DNA of 64,000 bases from a virus. The translations under genes were made by a program, and so were the position numbers. Below are positions 7,804 through 16,662 of this stretch, piece by piece (the first letter of the stretch is position 1; every line of letters starts with the position of its first letter). The DNA lies in IMG/VR virus record IMGVR_UViG_3300050343_000218. The stretch is one strand, 5' to 3'. The notes beneath the pieces are model-generated. The model ran no database searches. It saw only the letters and a program-made list of their open reading frames with translations, and was not told the DNA's origin.

Positions 7804-8049
7804 TTATGCCTCCTGTAGTGATTGTACTGTGTTATGAAGCTCTCCAATGTCTAGGAGACCTTCAGCACTGAACCAGGGAGCATTCTCCCAACTAAATCCA
7901 ACGCCCATTGTGCTATCAGGTGCTACGATGTACCAATGACAAGCTGTGTCTGGTACATCAACAGCGCACTTACTCCAGTCATCGCTCCACTGTGGGACTT
8001 GTACCCACATCAACGCAGCAAATATAAAACTGAAGAGTGACTTGATCAC
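7804..8049 (-). CDS. Hypothetical protein with signal/TM segment
   Basis: [34 protein letters not shown]; overlaps psbD stop. Confidence 0.6.
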   Translation of the reverse strand: MIKSLFSFIFAALMWVQVPQWSDDWSKCAVDVPDTACHWYIVAPDSTMGVGFSWENAPWFSAEGLLDIGELHNTVQSLQEA

Positions 8050-9101
8050 AGTGCGTTACCTCGTGGCAGAACTTCTTCTGGGAAAATAAACTGTTCGTGT
8101 GGTTGATCAACTGGTGCCAACCAAGCACGCAGACCTTCATTCAAAAGGATGTTCTTTGTATAGAACGTTTCAAACTCAGGATCTTCCGCAGCCCGAATCT
8201 CCTGACTAACGAAGTCGTATGCACGGAGATTGAGAGCGAGACCAATAATGCCAATAGAAGAGGTCCAAAGACCCATAACAGGCACAAAAAGCATAAAGAA
8301 ATGAAGCCAGCGCTTATTGCTAAAAGCAATTCCAAAAATCTGAGACCAGAAACGGTTAGCCGTAACCATACTGTACGTCTCTTCCTCTTGCGTGGAATCG
8401 AAAGCCTTGAAAGTGTTTGCTTGTTCTCCATCTTCATACAATGTATTTTCAACTGTGACACCGTGGATTGCCGATAGCAATGCACCACCTAGGATACCAG
8501 CAACTCCCATCATATGGAATGGGTTGAGCGTCCAGTTATGGAAGCCCTGTAGGAAGAGTAGGAACCTAAATATCGCTGCAACACCAAACGACGGTGCAAA
8601 GAACCAACTGGACTGTCCGAGAGGATAGATGAGAAACACACTGACAAAAACAGCGATAGGCCCAGAGAACGCAATAGCATTGTACGGACGGATACCAATG
8701 AGACGTGACAGTTCAAACTGACGAAGCATAAACCCAATCAGGGCGAAGGCACCGTGGAGCGCCACAAAATTCCAGAGTCCCCCAAGTTGACACCATCTGA
8801 CGAAATCCCCTTGAGCCTCAGGACCCCAGAGAAGAAGAAGAGAATGACCCATAGCGTCAGCTGGAGTGCTAACTGCTGCCGTAAGAAAGTTTGCACCCTC
8901 AAGATAGGAACTAGCGAGTCCGTGGGTATACCAGCTCGTAACGAAAGTTGTGCCAGTAAGCCAGCCCCCAATAGCAAGATAAGCAGTGGGTAAAAGAAGA
9001 AGTCCAGACCAGCCAATAAAAACGAAACGATCTCGTTTAAGCCAGTCGTCAAGGATGTCAAACCACCCCCTCCTTTGTTGTTGTAGTGTTGACGCGACCA
9101 T
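8046..9101 (-). CDS. psbD: Photosystem II D2 protein
   Basis: [16 protein letters not shown]...[10 protein letters not shown]...[12 protein letters not shown]; uninterrupted. Confidence 0.99.
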   Translation of the reverse strand: MVASTLQQQRRGWFDILDDWLKRDRFVFIGWSGLLLLPTAYLAIGGWLTGTTFVTSWYTHGLASSYLEGANFLTAAVSTPADAMGHSLLLLWGPEAQGDFVRWCQLGGLWNFVALHGAFALIGFMLRQFELSRLIGIRPYNAIAFSGPIAVFVSVFLIYPLGQSSWFFAPSFGVAAIFRFLLFLQGFHNWTLNPFHMMGVAGILGGALLSAIHGVTVENTLYEDGEQANTFKAFDSTQEEETYSMVTANRFWSQIFGIAFSNKRWLHFFMLFVPVMGLWTSSIGIIGLALNLRAYDFVSQEIRAAEDPEFETFYTKNILLNEGLRAWLAPVDQPHEQFIFPEEVLPRGNAL

Positions 9102-9125
9102 TGTTTGTTTCCTTTAAATGTGTGT

Positions 9126-9515
9126 TCATTTACCGTAAGTGTCGTAACCAGATTCATCATCAGTTTTCTTAACCTCAGCTGCAATCTCTTGCTCGGTCTT
9201 TAGATGATGTGGTTTGTGCTCCCTATCCATAGGTTGCGATTTTGTAGAGTCGTCTCGGGAAAGATTCTTGATAACAAGAAAGGCATCTTTGTTGTACTTA
9301 CGGGTGCCAATAGGCGATTGCCATTTCTTGTTATAGTCTTCCCCGACATCTATACCAGATACCTGAGTTCCAGCGAGTTCAATAACGATCTGATCTCTGA
9401 GCAGATCCCACCCTAGAGTGGATAGCATTTCCCATAATCGTTCTTGAGTAAACCGTTCTCGGTCTACTAAAATGTCGTTCATAACGTGTTCTTCAGGATC
9501 AAGTTTACCAATCAT
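9126..9515 (-). CDS. Hypothetical protein between psbA and psbD
   Basis: 129-aa ORF with its own extended -10 (TGGTATTAT) upstream. Confidence 0.65.
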   Translation of the reverse strand: MIGKLDPEEHVMNDILVDRERFTQERLWEMLSTLGWDLLRDQIVIELAGTQVSGIDVGEDYNKKWQSPIGTRKYNKDAFLVIKNLSRDDSTKSQPMDREHKPHHLKTEQEIAAEVKKTDDESGYDTYGK

Positions 9516-9562
9516 AATAATACCACGCAGATAAGGGGAACGATAAGAGTTAAAATACCTAT

Positions 9563-9590
9563 AAAAAACCCCCCCACATATGTGAGGGGG
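9563..9590 (-). terminator. psbA terminator
   Basis: CCCCC-T-CACATATGTG-GGGGG hairpin followed by T6. Confidence 0.75.
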
Positions 9591-9611
9591 TGAGTACTAC
9601 CATCAGGCATA

Positions 9612-10688
9612 TCAGCCTACGGTAGGTGCGGTAAGAGCAACAGGAGTTGACTCAGCAGCAGCAAGATCCAATGGGAAGTTGTGAGCATTGCGCTCGTGCA
9701 TAACTTCCATACCAAGACCTGCACGGTTCAGCACATCTGCCCAGGTGTTCAACACACGACCTTGACCATCGATGATGGACTGGTTGAAGTTGAAACCGTT
9801 CAGGTTGAATGCCATCGTGGAAACACCAAGTGCGGTGAACCAGATGCCAACAACAGGCCAAGCAGCAAGGAAGAAGTGCAAGGAACGGGAGTTGTTGAAT
9901 GAAGCGTATTGGAAGATCAAACGACCGAAGTAGCCGTGTGCAGCAACGATGTTGTACGTCTCTTCTTCTTGACCGAACTTATAACCATAGTTCTGTGACT
10001 CTGTTTCAGTCGTCTCACGGACGAGTGAGGAAGTAACGAGACTTCCGTGCATAGCAGAGAAAAGAGATCCACCGAATACCCCAGCAACACCGAGCATATG
10101 GAACGGGTGCATAAGAATATTGTGCTCTGCCTGGAAGACGAGCATATAGTTAAAAGTACCAGAGATACCAAGAGGCATAGCATCGGAGAAACTACCTTGA
10201 CCGAAGGGATAGACGAGGAATACTGCACTCGCAGCAGCTACTGGTGCCGAGTAGGCAACACAGATCCAGGGGCGCATACCCAGGCGGTAAGAGAGTTCCC
10301 ACTCACGTCCCATATAGGCATAGATGCCGATCAGGAAGTGAAAGACTACCAATTGGAAAGGACCACCATTGTAAAGCCACTCATCGAGTGAGGCAGCTTC
10401 CCAGATGGGGTAGAAGTGGAGACCGATTGCGTTTGAACTTGGGACAACAGCACCAGAGATGATGTTGTTACCGTACATAAGTGAACCAGCAACTGGTTCG
10501 CGGATACCGTCGATGTCAACGGGAGGTGCTGCTACGAAAGCAACGATGAAGCAGATGGTAGCTGCCAACAAAGTTGGGATCATCAGCACACCAAACCAAC
10601 CAACATACAAACGGTTGTTGGTGGAGGTTACCCACTCGCAGAATGATTCCCACGAGGAAGTAGATTGTTGTCTTGAAAGAGTGGACAT
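9612..10688 (-). CDS. psbA: Photosystem II D1 protein
   Basis: NRLYVGWFG...HNFPLDLA plus C-terminal extension; start set at MSTLSRQ (10688); no intron. Confidence 0.99.
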   Translation of the reverse strand: MSTLSRQQSTSSWESFCEWVTSTNNRLYVGWFGVLMIPTLLAATICFIVAFVAAPPVDIDGIREPVAGSLMYGNNIISGAVVPSSNAIGLHFYPIWEAASLDEWLYNGGPFQLVVFHFLIGIYAYMGREWELSYRLGMRPWICVAYSAPVAAASAVFLVYPFGQGSFSDAMPLGISGTFNYMLVFQAEHNILMHPFHMLGVAGVFGGSLFSAMHGSLVTSSLVRETTETESQNYGYKFGQEEETYNIVAAHGYFGRLIFQYASFNNSRSLHFFLAAWPVVGIWFTALGVSTMAFNLNGFNFNQSIIDGQGRVLNTWADVLNRAGLGMEVMHERNAHNFPLDLAAAESTPVALTAPTVG

Positions 10689-10696
10689 TGAAATTG

Positions 10697-10795
10697 AAAA
10701 AAGTAAGACCATCAGGGAATGGTGGAGTTACTATTCCTCTACGCCCTAGGCAGAGGTATTAAAGACGTGTTTAGACACCCTATAGGTCTTGGTTT
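10697..10795 (-). ncRNA. PhotoRC-II-like structured psbA leader
   Basis: AAGACC...GGGUGUCUAAACACGUCUUUAAUACC...GAAUAGUAA...CCAUUCCCUGAUGGUCUUACUUUU resembles, from recall, the motif found upstream of cyanophage psbA. Confidence 0.65.
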
Positions 10796-10802
10796 GAGGA
10801 GT

Positions 10803-10820
10803 GTTACGAACCGTTAAGAA
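10803..10820. promoter_or_regulatory. HLR1-like direct repeat (possible RpaB site)
   Basis: GTTACGAA-CC-GTTAAGAA in psbA 5' region. Confidence 0.45.
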
Positions 10821-10852
10821 ATGTTTTCTTTCCTTAACCTGTTGACTTATTT

Positions 10853-10881
10853 AGTATAACAGGAAACCCTCACAGCGTCAA
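10853..10881 (-). promoter_or_regulatory. psbA sigma70 promoter with overlapping late-like box
   Basis: TTGACG-17 nt-TATACT followed by CTAAATA. Confidence 0.75.
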
Positions 10882-12611
10882 CCCTCAAAAGATAAGCATA
10901 AGTGCTCATTAATGAGAGCGTCGTCTTGGACAAAATACACGTAGTCGAGCATAGAATCCTTGAGTGTGTCCAGTGCATCCTGCTTGGTATGCACCAGTGG
11001 TGCACCTGCAAGATTGAAACTAGTGTTCAACAGAATTGGAACCCCAGTGATCTGATGATACTCCCTAAGCACCTCAGCCATATACCCCTCTGTGACAGTT
11101 TGTATTCTGCACGTACCATCAACGTGGATCACTCCAGGAGCATTGTCTATGGCAATCTGTTTAGCTTTAAAACTAACAGTCATTTCAGGAGATGACTTGA
11201 GACCAAGAGTCTCAAAGTACTCTTCAAAATACTCTTCTAGGATAATACCAGCAAAGGGACGATACCATTCTCTCTTCTTAATTTCATTTACTTTGTCTTT
11301 CGCATCTCTACCACGAGGATCAAAGATGATAGAACGATGTCCCAATGCACGTGGACCTGCTTCAGGTTGACCATCATACAAAGCAATAGATCTATCCTTC
11401 ACAAGCAGCTCAGCAAGGTCTCTAGCGGTTGCAGATCTACCAGTAACTACAGGTTGTTCATCTAGATGATGATAGAAAGTATTGTTCTTGGGGTATGGAG
11501 TCTTGTCTGATGTATGTTGACGATAAAAATACCAAGCAGCACCCATACTATTACCAGTATCATCTGCATTGGGTTCAAAGTAGAAGCTTACATCTGGATT
11601 TTGCTCAATCAAATAGTTGTTAGCAACAACATTCAGTCCATAACCACCAGTAATAATCACATTATTAATTCCAGTATGCTTAACCCACTTCCGAACCAAA
11701 TAATTTAATGCCTTTTGAGTCTCTTTCTGCAAGTGCAGCGCCCAGTTTGCATAGGGTTGAAAATTTTCTCGGGTAACTTTACCTATGATTTTCATCTTAG
11801 GATTAGACACCGTGGTAGTCCAACTAGCGTGAGTAAAATACAGATCAAGTGGAGTAGATCCCATAAACAATGAAGGAAAATACTGTTCTTCACCGTAAGC
11901 TGCAAGACCCATAGTCTTACCATTCTCTAACGGACCTTCGCCAATCAATGTAGTACCACTTTCATATACTTTAGTGATACCAAATCCACTACGATAGTTC
12001 AACTCCACGCCAGGTTTCTTTGCTTGCATCTTCTTGATGAAGTCTTCGTAACCAGCAGGATTATTCTTTGGTGTCCTAGGATTCCCAGGATTACGCATCC
12101 AGTAAGCTTTATACAGTTCTTTATACAAAGCTGGTTGACGCATCAAATATACAGACTCACATTCTCTACCAATCCACTCTGCTTCAAGATTGCCAGATCC
12201 ATCAATGCCAACTGGTTCATCACCAGGGTCATAGATCTGAGACCCATCACGATCGATAACAAAGACTAAAGCAGTCTCCATTGCAGCATTATTATATGCA
12301 TTGAAAGCGTGAGAAAGGTGATGGTCTCCTGTAAAGTCTACAACCATCTCAGGTGACAACCCTGTCTTCTTACAAACGAAGCACCTGAAGGTGTCAGAAA
12401 AAGGAGGACAAGCAGTAGGAGATTGTATGACTGCCATATCAATCTTCCCCTTCGCTGCTTCAATTGCCTTCTCGATGGCAATGAAGGGTTGCTTATCTCG
12501 TTTCTCTCCTGTATACCTCTCTTCCTTTCCAAAGTACTCAAGCTCACCATCATTGATGACGCAGACACTGGAATCGTGAGCAACACTGATTCCTAGAACT
12601 CTATAACTCAT
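10878..12611 (-). CDS. O-carbamoyltransferase (NodU/CmcH/TobZ family)
   Basis: HDSS, HHLSHA, GKTMGLAAYG, GGYGLNVVAN, PEAGPRALGHRSI, KKREWYRPFA, LLNTSFN. Confidence 0.9.
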   Translation of the reverse strand: MSYRVLGISVAHDSSVCVINDGELEYFGKEERYTGEKRDKQPFIAIEKAIEAAKGKIDMAVIQSPTACPPFSDTFRCFVCKKTGLSPEMVVDFTGDHHLSHAFNAYNNAAMETALVFVIDRDGSQIYDPGDEPVGIDGSGNLEAEWIGRECESVYLMRQPALYKELYKAYWMRNPGNPRTPKNNPAGYEDFIKKMQAKKPGVELNYRSGFGITKVYESGTTLIGEGPLENGKTMGLAAYGEEQYFPSLFMGSTPLDLYFTHASWTTTVSNPKMKIIGKVTRENFQPYANWALHLQKETQKALNYLVRKWVKHTGINNVIITGGYGLNVVANNYLIEQNPDVSFYFEPNADDTGNSMGAAWYFYRQHTSDKTPYPKNNTFYHHLDEQPVVTGRSATARDLAELLVKDRSIALYDGQPEAGPRALGHRSIIFDPRGRDAKDKVNEIKKREWYRPFAGIILEEYFEEYFETLGLKSSPEMTVSFKAKQIAIDNAPGVIHVDGTCRIQTVTEGYMAEVLREYHQITGVPILLNTSFNLAGAPLVHTKQDALDTLKDSMLDYVYFVQDDALINEHLCLSFEG

Positions 12612-12634
12612 AAAAAAAGGGAGCGTATGCTCCC
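12612..12634 (-). terminator. Terminator of hli operon
   Basis: GGGAGC-ATAC-GCTCCC-T7 directly before the carbamoyltransferase ATG; TGTTATAAT just upstream. Confidence 0.75.
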
Positions 12635-12661
12635 CATATTATAACAGGTTATTGGTATTTA

Positions 12662-12769
12662 TCACCAGATACCAGGGATGATTTGTCCTGTCGTTGCGTA
12701 AGCACCGATTGCTGCGATGATACCGAGCATTGCTGCCCAACCGTTAATGCGTTCTGCGTTTTCGTTCAT
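12662..12769 (-). CDS. hli: High-light inducible protein, 35 aa
   Basis: Hand-translated MNENAERINGWAAMLGIIAAIGAYATTGQIIPGIW; ExxNGxxAMxG motif. Confidence 0.92.
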   Translation of the reverse strand: MNENAERINGWAAMLGIIAAIGAYATTGQIIPGIW

Positions 12770-12915
12770 TGATTTTCCTCGATAGTTTTGTTGGTGATGA
12801 TGATCTTTTGACCATCGTGTGTAAATTGCAACTCATCATCTGGATGCCACATAAGCTCTTCGTACATATCGTCAAGCTTCTGCATATCCTGATAGAGTTG
12901 ATTAGGATTGGACAT
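12766..12915 (-). CDS. Small acidic hypothetical protein, 49 aa
   Basis: Hand-translated MSNPNQLYQDMQKLDDMYEELMWHPDDELQF...; ATGA overlap with hli. Confidence 0.6.
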   Translation of the reverse strand: MSNPNQLYQDMQKLDDMYEELMWHPDDELQFTHDGQKIIITNKTIEENQ

Positions 12916-13129
12916 CAAGTTCTAGAAAGAATTTGGTTTGATCACTAGGGGAGTTCTCGTAGATAGAACTGTCACCATATTCTTTGTGATCTTTGTACCC
13001 AACCATACGACCTTTCGTATTTTGGATCGCTCCCATCATAGCAATGATCAAGAAGATTGCAGGTGGTCCGATGATAAGGGCACCTCCAATGACATAATAT
13101 GTAAGAATTTCAAGTAGGGAAGGTTCCAT
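12902..13129 (-). CDS. Small membrane hypothetical protein
   Basis: TM segment, GRMVGYKDHKEYGDSSIY. Confidence 0.6.
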   Translation of the reverse strand: MEPSLLEILTYYVIGGALIIGPPAIFLIIAMMGAIQNTKGRMVGYKDHKEYGDSSIYENSPSDQTKFFLELDVQS

Positions 13130-13347
13130 TAAATACCGAATGCGCCGAAAAAGAATAGACTACCAGTGGTAGCGTAGGAAACAAGTGCTGCAACAAAACC
13201 AAGCATCGCTGTGCGACCGTTGAGTTTTTCTGCACGTTCTGCATAAGTCTCATAACCATAACGCTCAGCGTCCGTCTGTGAGATATACATTCTGGGTTCT
13301 GTGGCGTACATATTCGTACGTCCACCGTCTTCAGTTGTTACAGTCAT
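13129..13347 (-). CDS. hli: High-light inducible protein, 72 aa
   Basis: MTVTTEDGGRTNMYATEPRMY...AEKLNGRTAMLGF; start set at 13347. Confidence 0.92.
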   Translation of the reverse strand: MTVTTEDGGRTNMYATEPRMYISQTDAERYGYETYAERAEKLNGRTAMLGFVAALVSYATTGSLFFFGAFGI

Positions 13348-13356
13348 AGAAGTTTT

Positions 13357-13429
13357 GTTAACTTGTGTTACATTATATAGGAAGGGGGAACCGTCTGTCA
13401 AGAGTCTGACTGTTAGAATTTGTTAACAA
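13357..13429 (-). promoter_or_regulatory. hli promoter flanked by two HLR1-like repeats
   Basis: TTGACA (13396-13401)-18 nt-TATAAT (13372-13377); GTTAACTT-GT-GTTACATT at 13357-13374; GTTAGAAT-TT-GTTAACAA at 13412-13429. Confidence 0.65.
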
Positions 13430-13435
13430 TTCAGA

Positions 13436-13636
13436 TTAGTAATCCTGATCTCTCAGGATGCTCTTACAAGTTTCCGAGTTCCTTTTACAGAACTGTCGTA
13501 CGTGTCCGTGGACATCGTGCTCCATAGTTTGGTGAGCTCGCGTGTGAACAAATTCGATGAACCCTAGGGTTCCAAAGATCGTAAAGATCAAAACGAATGC
13601 AGGATGGGTAAGACCACGAAGAAGGTAACGCATCAA
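13436..13636 (-). CDS. Small membrane hypothetical protein
   Basis: TM segment, HDVHGHVRQFC. Confidence 0.55.
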   Translation of the reverse strand: MMRYLLRGLTHPAFVLIFTIFGTLGFIEFVHTRAHQTMEHDVHGHVRQFCKRNSETCKSILRDQDY

Positions 13637-13657
13637 AAAAGGGGTCCGAAGACCCCC
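13635..13657 (-). terminator. Terminator with cUUCGg loop
   Basis: GGGGTC-TTCG-GACCCC-T6. Confidence 0.85.
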
Positions 13658-13682
13658 GTATTATAGCAGACTGTCAAGTGGA

Positions 13683-14054
13683 TCAGAAGTTGTACTTCAC
13701 ACCGAGCTTAGCTCCGTAACCACGGTCAAGATCTTCGTCACCAGATCCAACGAATGAGACTTCACCATATGCACCGAGGGCATCGGTCACAGCGAAACCA
13801 ACACCTGCCTTACCTGAAGGAACGGTATCAGCGTCACCACCATCGGGAGTCAGCACGGTAGCGCCGCCCTGAACGTAGTAGGAACCACTTTCGCCAAGAG
13901 CACCTTCGTAACCTACGTGCAGGTCTGTTCCAGCACCATTGTACTCCGATCCAGTCCAACCAGCATTGGTCTCTACGTTAACGTAGGGTCCTGCGAAAGC
14001 AGCACCAGCAGAAGCGAACAGAGCAGCGGAAGCTGCGAATACAGTTTTGATCAT
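13683..14054 (-). CDS. Putative small outer-membrane beta-barrel/porin-like protein
   Basis: Signal peptide (AAFA-GPYV), alternating beta strands, terminal GVKYNF. Confidence 0.65.
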   Translation of the reverse strand: MIKTVFAASAALFASAGAAFAGPYVNVETNAGWTGSEYNGAGTDLHVGYEGALGESGSYYVQGGATVLTPDGGDADTVPSGKAGVGFAVTDALGAYGEVSFVGSGDEDLDRGYGAKLGVKYNF

Positions 14055-14133
14055 TTGTTTTAGAAAATTAAGTATGTCTCGTAGAGTTTAACCTACGGAT
14101 GAAAGAAGACTCGACAAGTCTTCGTTGTAACGA

Positions 14134-14592
14134 TTAATTACAAGTTTTATTTATACTTGCAACTTTGTCAAAGAAGTACGGGTTTTGCCCACCGAAGATG
14201 TGCTCTCCGTCCTTCGTGCCGTAATCATAGCACTCGATGGTGTCTTCTGTCAATCTAAAATGAGACTTGACTTGAGCACCACGGGCAGTGCATAGAGGAC
14301 TGCCCTTTCCAATCCACACCTCAAGGCGAGGATCGAAGACACAAAGCATATCACAGTTCTCGTTCCTTGTCCAGTCACTGAGATAATTCCTGACCAGGAC
14401 TTCAGTGTCGGAGAAGTAAACGAGATCGTGATAGCGTTCGCGATAGATCTTACCGTCGTACATATACTTCTGTACGACGTGGATAGACCCGTCCTCAGAT
14501 AGGTCATAGGTAAGTTGAACGTGTGAGAAATCAGTGGGACGTGACTGAGCTTGTTTAATGTTGTCCCACTTACCGATTAACCAGTCTCTCAT
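14134..14592 (-). CDS. cpeT: T-type phycobiliprotein lyase
   Basis: GKWDNIKQAQSRPTDFSHV, YRER, NCDM, G.HIFG...YFFDK. Confidence 0.8.
   Translation of the reverse strand: MRDWLIGKWDNIKQAQSRPTDFSHVQLTYDLSEDGSIHVVQKYMYDGKIYRERYHDLVYFSDTEVLVRNYLSDWTRNENCDMLCVFDPRLEVWIGKGSPLCTARGAQVKSHFRLTEDTIECYDYGTKDGEHIFGGQNPYFFDKVASINKTCN
14148..14155 (-). promoter_or_regulatory. T4-type late promoter
   Basis: Exact TATAAATA upstream of porin-like gene. Confidence 0.7.
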
Positions 14593-15202
14593 TTTGAGGT
14601 TGTATTGTCAGATTGTAACTGACGATAATTTTATCATCAGTGTCTTGATTTTTTTCTGTCTCGTGTTCCAACCAACCAGGGAACATCAGTAGTGTTCCTG
14701 TCTTAGGTTCGACATCCATAGTTTTTGCTGTCTGAAAAATCAAATCTTCATCGAAGAGGTGATTAATCAATGGAGCAATAGGATTGAAAAAAGTAATCGG
14801 TCCTGCAAGAGTAGGTTGCCTGAAGTAATACGCACCACTCACCATAGAATTACTATGAGAATGACGAGGAATATAAGCTCCAGGTTCATACACAGTCCAC
14901 CACGCTTGATAGGTAGAGAACTTGATAGTGTCACAGAACAACTTTCTGTATGTGTCATACAGGTTCTGCATAATGTGACGCATCAGAGGTCGATACCTCT
15001 CTTCATTAAACAAATTGAAATCATAATATGATGTAATCCCGTGCTCGTGAGGATCAAATGTTTCTGAACGATCTTTGGAATAACCACCTTTGTTCAGGAT
15101 CCACTCTCTATCCTTGTAGATAATCTCTTCTATCTCACGAAAAGGAGGTGGGTTTGTGTCCACCTCCAGCACAGAAAAAACATCACGAGTATGTTTCTTC
15201 AT
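14570..15202 (-). CDS. Putative 2OG-Fe(II) oxygenase (TIGR02466-like)
   Basis: WW...HSH..VSGAYY...PKTGTLLMFPGWLEH. Confidence 0.8.
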   Translation of the reverse strand: MKKHTRDVFSVLEVDTNPPPFREIEEIIYKDREWILNKGGYSKDRSETFDPHEHGITSYYDFNLFNEERYRPLMRHIMQNLYDTYRKLFCDTIKFSTYQAWWTVYEPGAYIPRHSHSNSMVSGAYYFRQPTLAGPITFFNPIAPLINHLFDEDLIFQTAKTMDVEPKTGTLLMFPGWLEHETEKNQDTDDKIIVSYNLTIQPQNERLVNR

Positions 15203-15519
15203 CCGAGCGAGATAGTATCGCTAGCAGATGCTCCAGCAATTACATTGTCACCAAAACTGATAACATCTTGCCCACCAAAGACTCCATAACCATAGTCTAC
15301 TGCTTCAGCAGCGTGGTTCTGGTAGTCAGCACTGCTGAAAGAGAAGTTGATACTATCATCAGCTTCAGCAGTATGCTTGTGGTTGTCAGCGATGTGACGC
15401 AACCCCAAGTAGTGACGCCACAGTTCAGCAAGCGTATTGGTCTCTTCATTTGTGTTGAGACCGTGGATGACTGCTTCTTTAGCAGCTTCCACGGCAACTT
15501 TGTACTTAGTGCAACTCAT
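15199..15519 (-). CDS. Hypothetical protein
   Basis: 106 aa, coupled to both neighbours. Confidence 0.6.
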   Translation of the reverse strand: MSCTKYKVAVEAAKEAVIHGLNTNEETNTLAELWRHYLGLRHIADNHKHTAEADDSINFSFSSADYQNHAAEAVDYGYGVFGGQDVISFGDNVIAGASASDTISLG

Positions 15520-15782
15520 TAAAATACTCCACTTTCGATAAGGTCTGCTTCCACAGAGTCAAGGATGACATTGTAGTCATCTTCAGGGTCATCATACAAT
15601 TGGACGCCACGTTCTTCGTAGTAGCGTATTAGTTTCTGATATAAGCGAGGGTACTCTTCATCGAGAGTAACCTCACCAGAAACTGCAGCAGTCAACTTGG
15701 TAAGATCGGATTTGAACTTAATAGTCAACGACGATTTTCGTACGGACATTGTTTTGAATTCGACTTCGGCATTATAGATCAA
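15519..15782 (-). CDS. Conserved cyanophage hypothetical protein
   Basis: KFKSDL...LYQKLIRYYEERGVQLYDDPEDDY; true start may be the internal MSVRK. Confidence 0.6.
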   Translation of the reverse strand: MIYNAEVEFKTMSVRKSSLTIKFKSDLTKLTAAVSGEVTLDEEYPRLYQKLIRYYEERGVQLYDDPEDDYNVILDSVEADLIESGVF

Positions 15783-15806
15783 TGAAAGGTTCAGGTCAAG
15801 CCCCTA

Positions 15807-16010
15807 TCAGCAACCATCATTGTGATCGCAGTACATATCGTACAACTCTTCATCACCTGTTACCTGTGCTGCTTCACACAGGTCGCCAATTGGCACAGCT
15901 ACAACAGCTCTGCCATCAGGTTGCCTAACGATAAACTTTTCTCCTGACTCAATTCTATCCATATAAGAATCGAAGTCTTTTTCAAATTCTTCTACGGTAA
16001 TTTCAGTCAT
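15807..16010 (-). CDS. Phd/YefM antitoxin-like small protein
   Basis: ITVEEFEKDFDSYMDRIESGEKFIVRQPDGRAVVAVP resembles the Phd N-terminal domain. Confidence 0.55.
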   Translation of the reverse strand: MTEITVEEFEKDFDSYMDRIESGEKFIVRQPDGRAVVAVPIGDLCEAAQVTGDEELYDMYCDHNDGC

Positions 16011-16662
16011 TCATCAATGCTGCCCAATCAGCGTTAAACTGTTCCAAACCTTTATCAGTTAGTACGTGATCGTACATTGAATCAAAGACCTTCAGTGGCA
16101 ATGTACACACACTTGCACCGTTGTACCAGGCACGAACAGCACGAGGTACAGTGCGAATAGAAGCAGCTAGCACCTCAGTATGAACACCGTGGCGACAATA
16201 GATGTCAGAGATAGAACGAACAACTTCTAAACCAGCAATGCTTTGGTCATCCAAGCGACCTACAAATGGTGAGACATAAGAAGCTCCCGCTTTGGCAGCT
16301 AGGATCGCCTGTGCCGCGTTGAAGATCAAAGTAACGTTTACCTTAATGTCTTGCTCGCTAAGGATCTTACAGGCGAGCAGACCATCTACTGTGCAGGGAA
16401 CCTTAATCGTGATGGCAGGTCCGATAGGTATATACTTTTCCGCCATTGCCAGCAGTTCGTCAGCTGTATCGCCAGATACCTCTGCAGAAATACTAGCACG
16501 ATCGTCATCTCTGAAGATATGATTAATCTCTGTGATGACTTCGACGGGATCCCTTCCCTCTTTAAGCATAAGAGTTGGGTTGGTAGTAATACCGTCAATC
16601 AGACCTGTATAATACCTTTTTTTAATTTCTTCTACGTCAGATGTATCAAGAAAGATTTTCAT
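16003..16662 (-). CDS. talC: Transaldolase (TalC/MipB type)
   Basis: MKIFLDT, GITTNPTL, IKVP Schiff-base Lys, VNVTLIF, SPFVGRLDD, LAASIR. Confidence 0.97.
   Translation of the reverse strand: MKIFLDTSDVEEIKKRYYTGLIDGITTNPTLMLKEGRDPVEVITEINHIFRDDDRASISAEVSGDTADELLAMAEKYIPIGPAITIKVPCTVDGLLACKILSEQDIKVNVTLIFNAAQAILAAKAGASYVSPFVGRLDDQSIAGLEVVRSISDIYCRHGVHTEVLAASIRTVPRAVRAWYNGASVCTLPLKVFDSMYDHVLTDKGLEQFNADWAALMND

Noticed and set aside
10689-10712. N-terminal extension of D1 in ORF track
   Set aside because: Lies in the structured leader; MSTLS start matches normal D1
13660-13677. TTGACA...TATAAT promoter
   Set aside because: Spacer only 6 nt; at most an extended -10
14127-14141. NtcA site
   Set aside because: GTA-N9-TAC rather than the required N8; same near miss at 5977-5991
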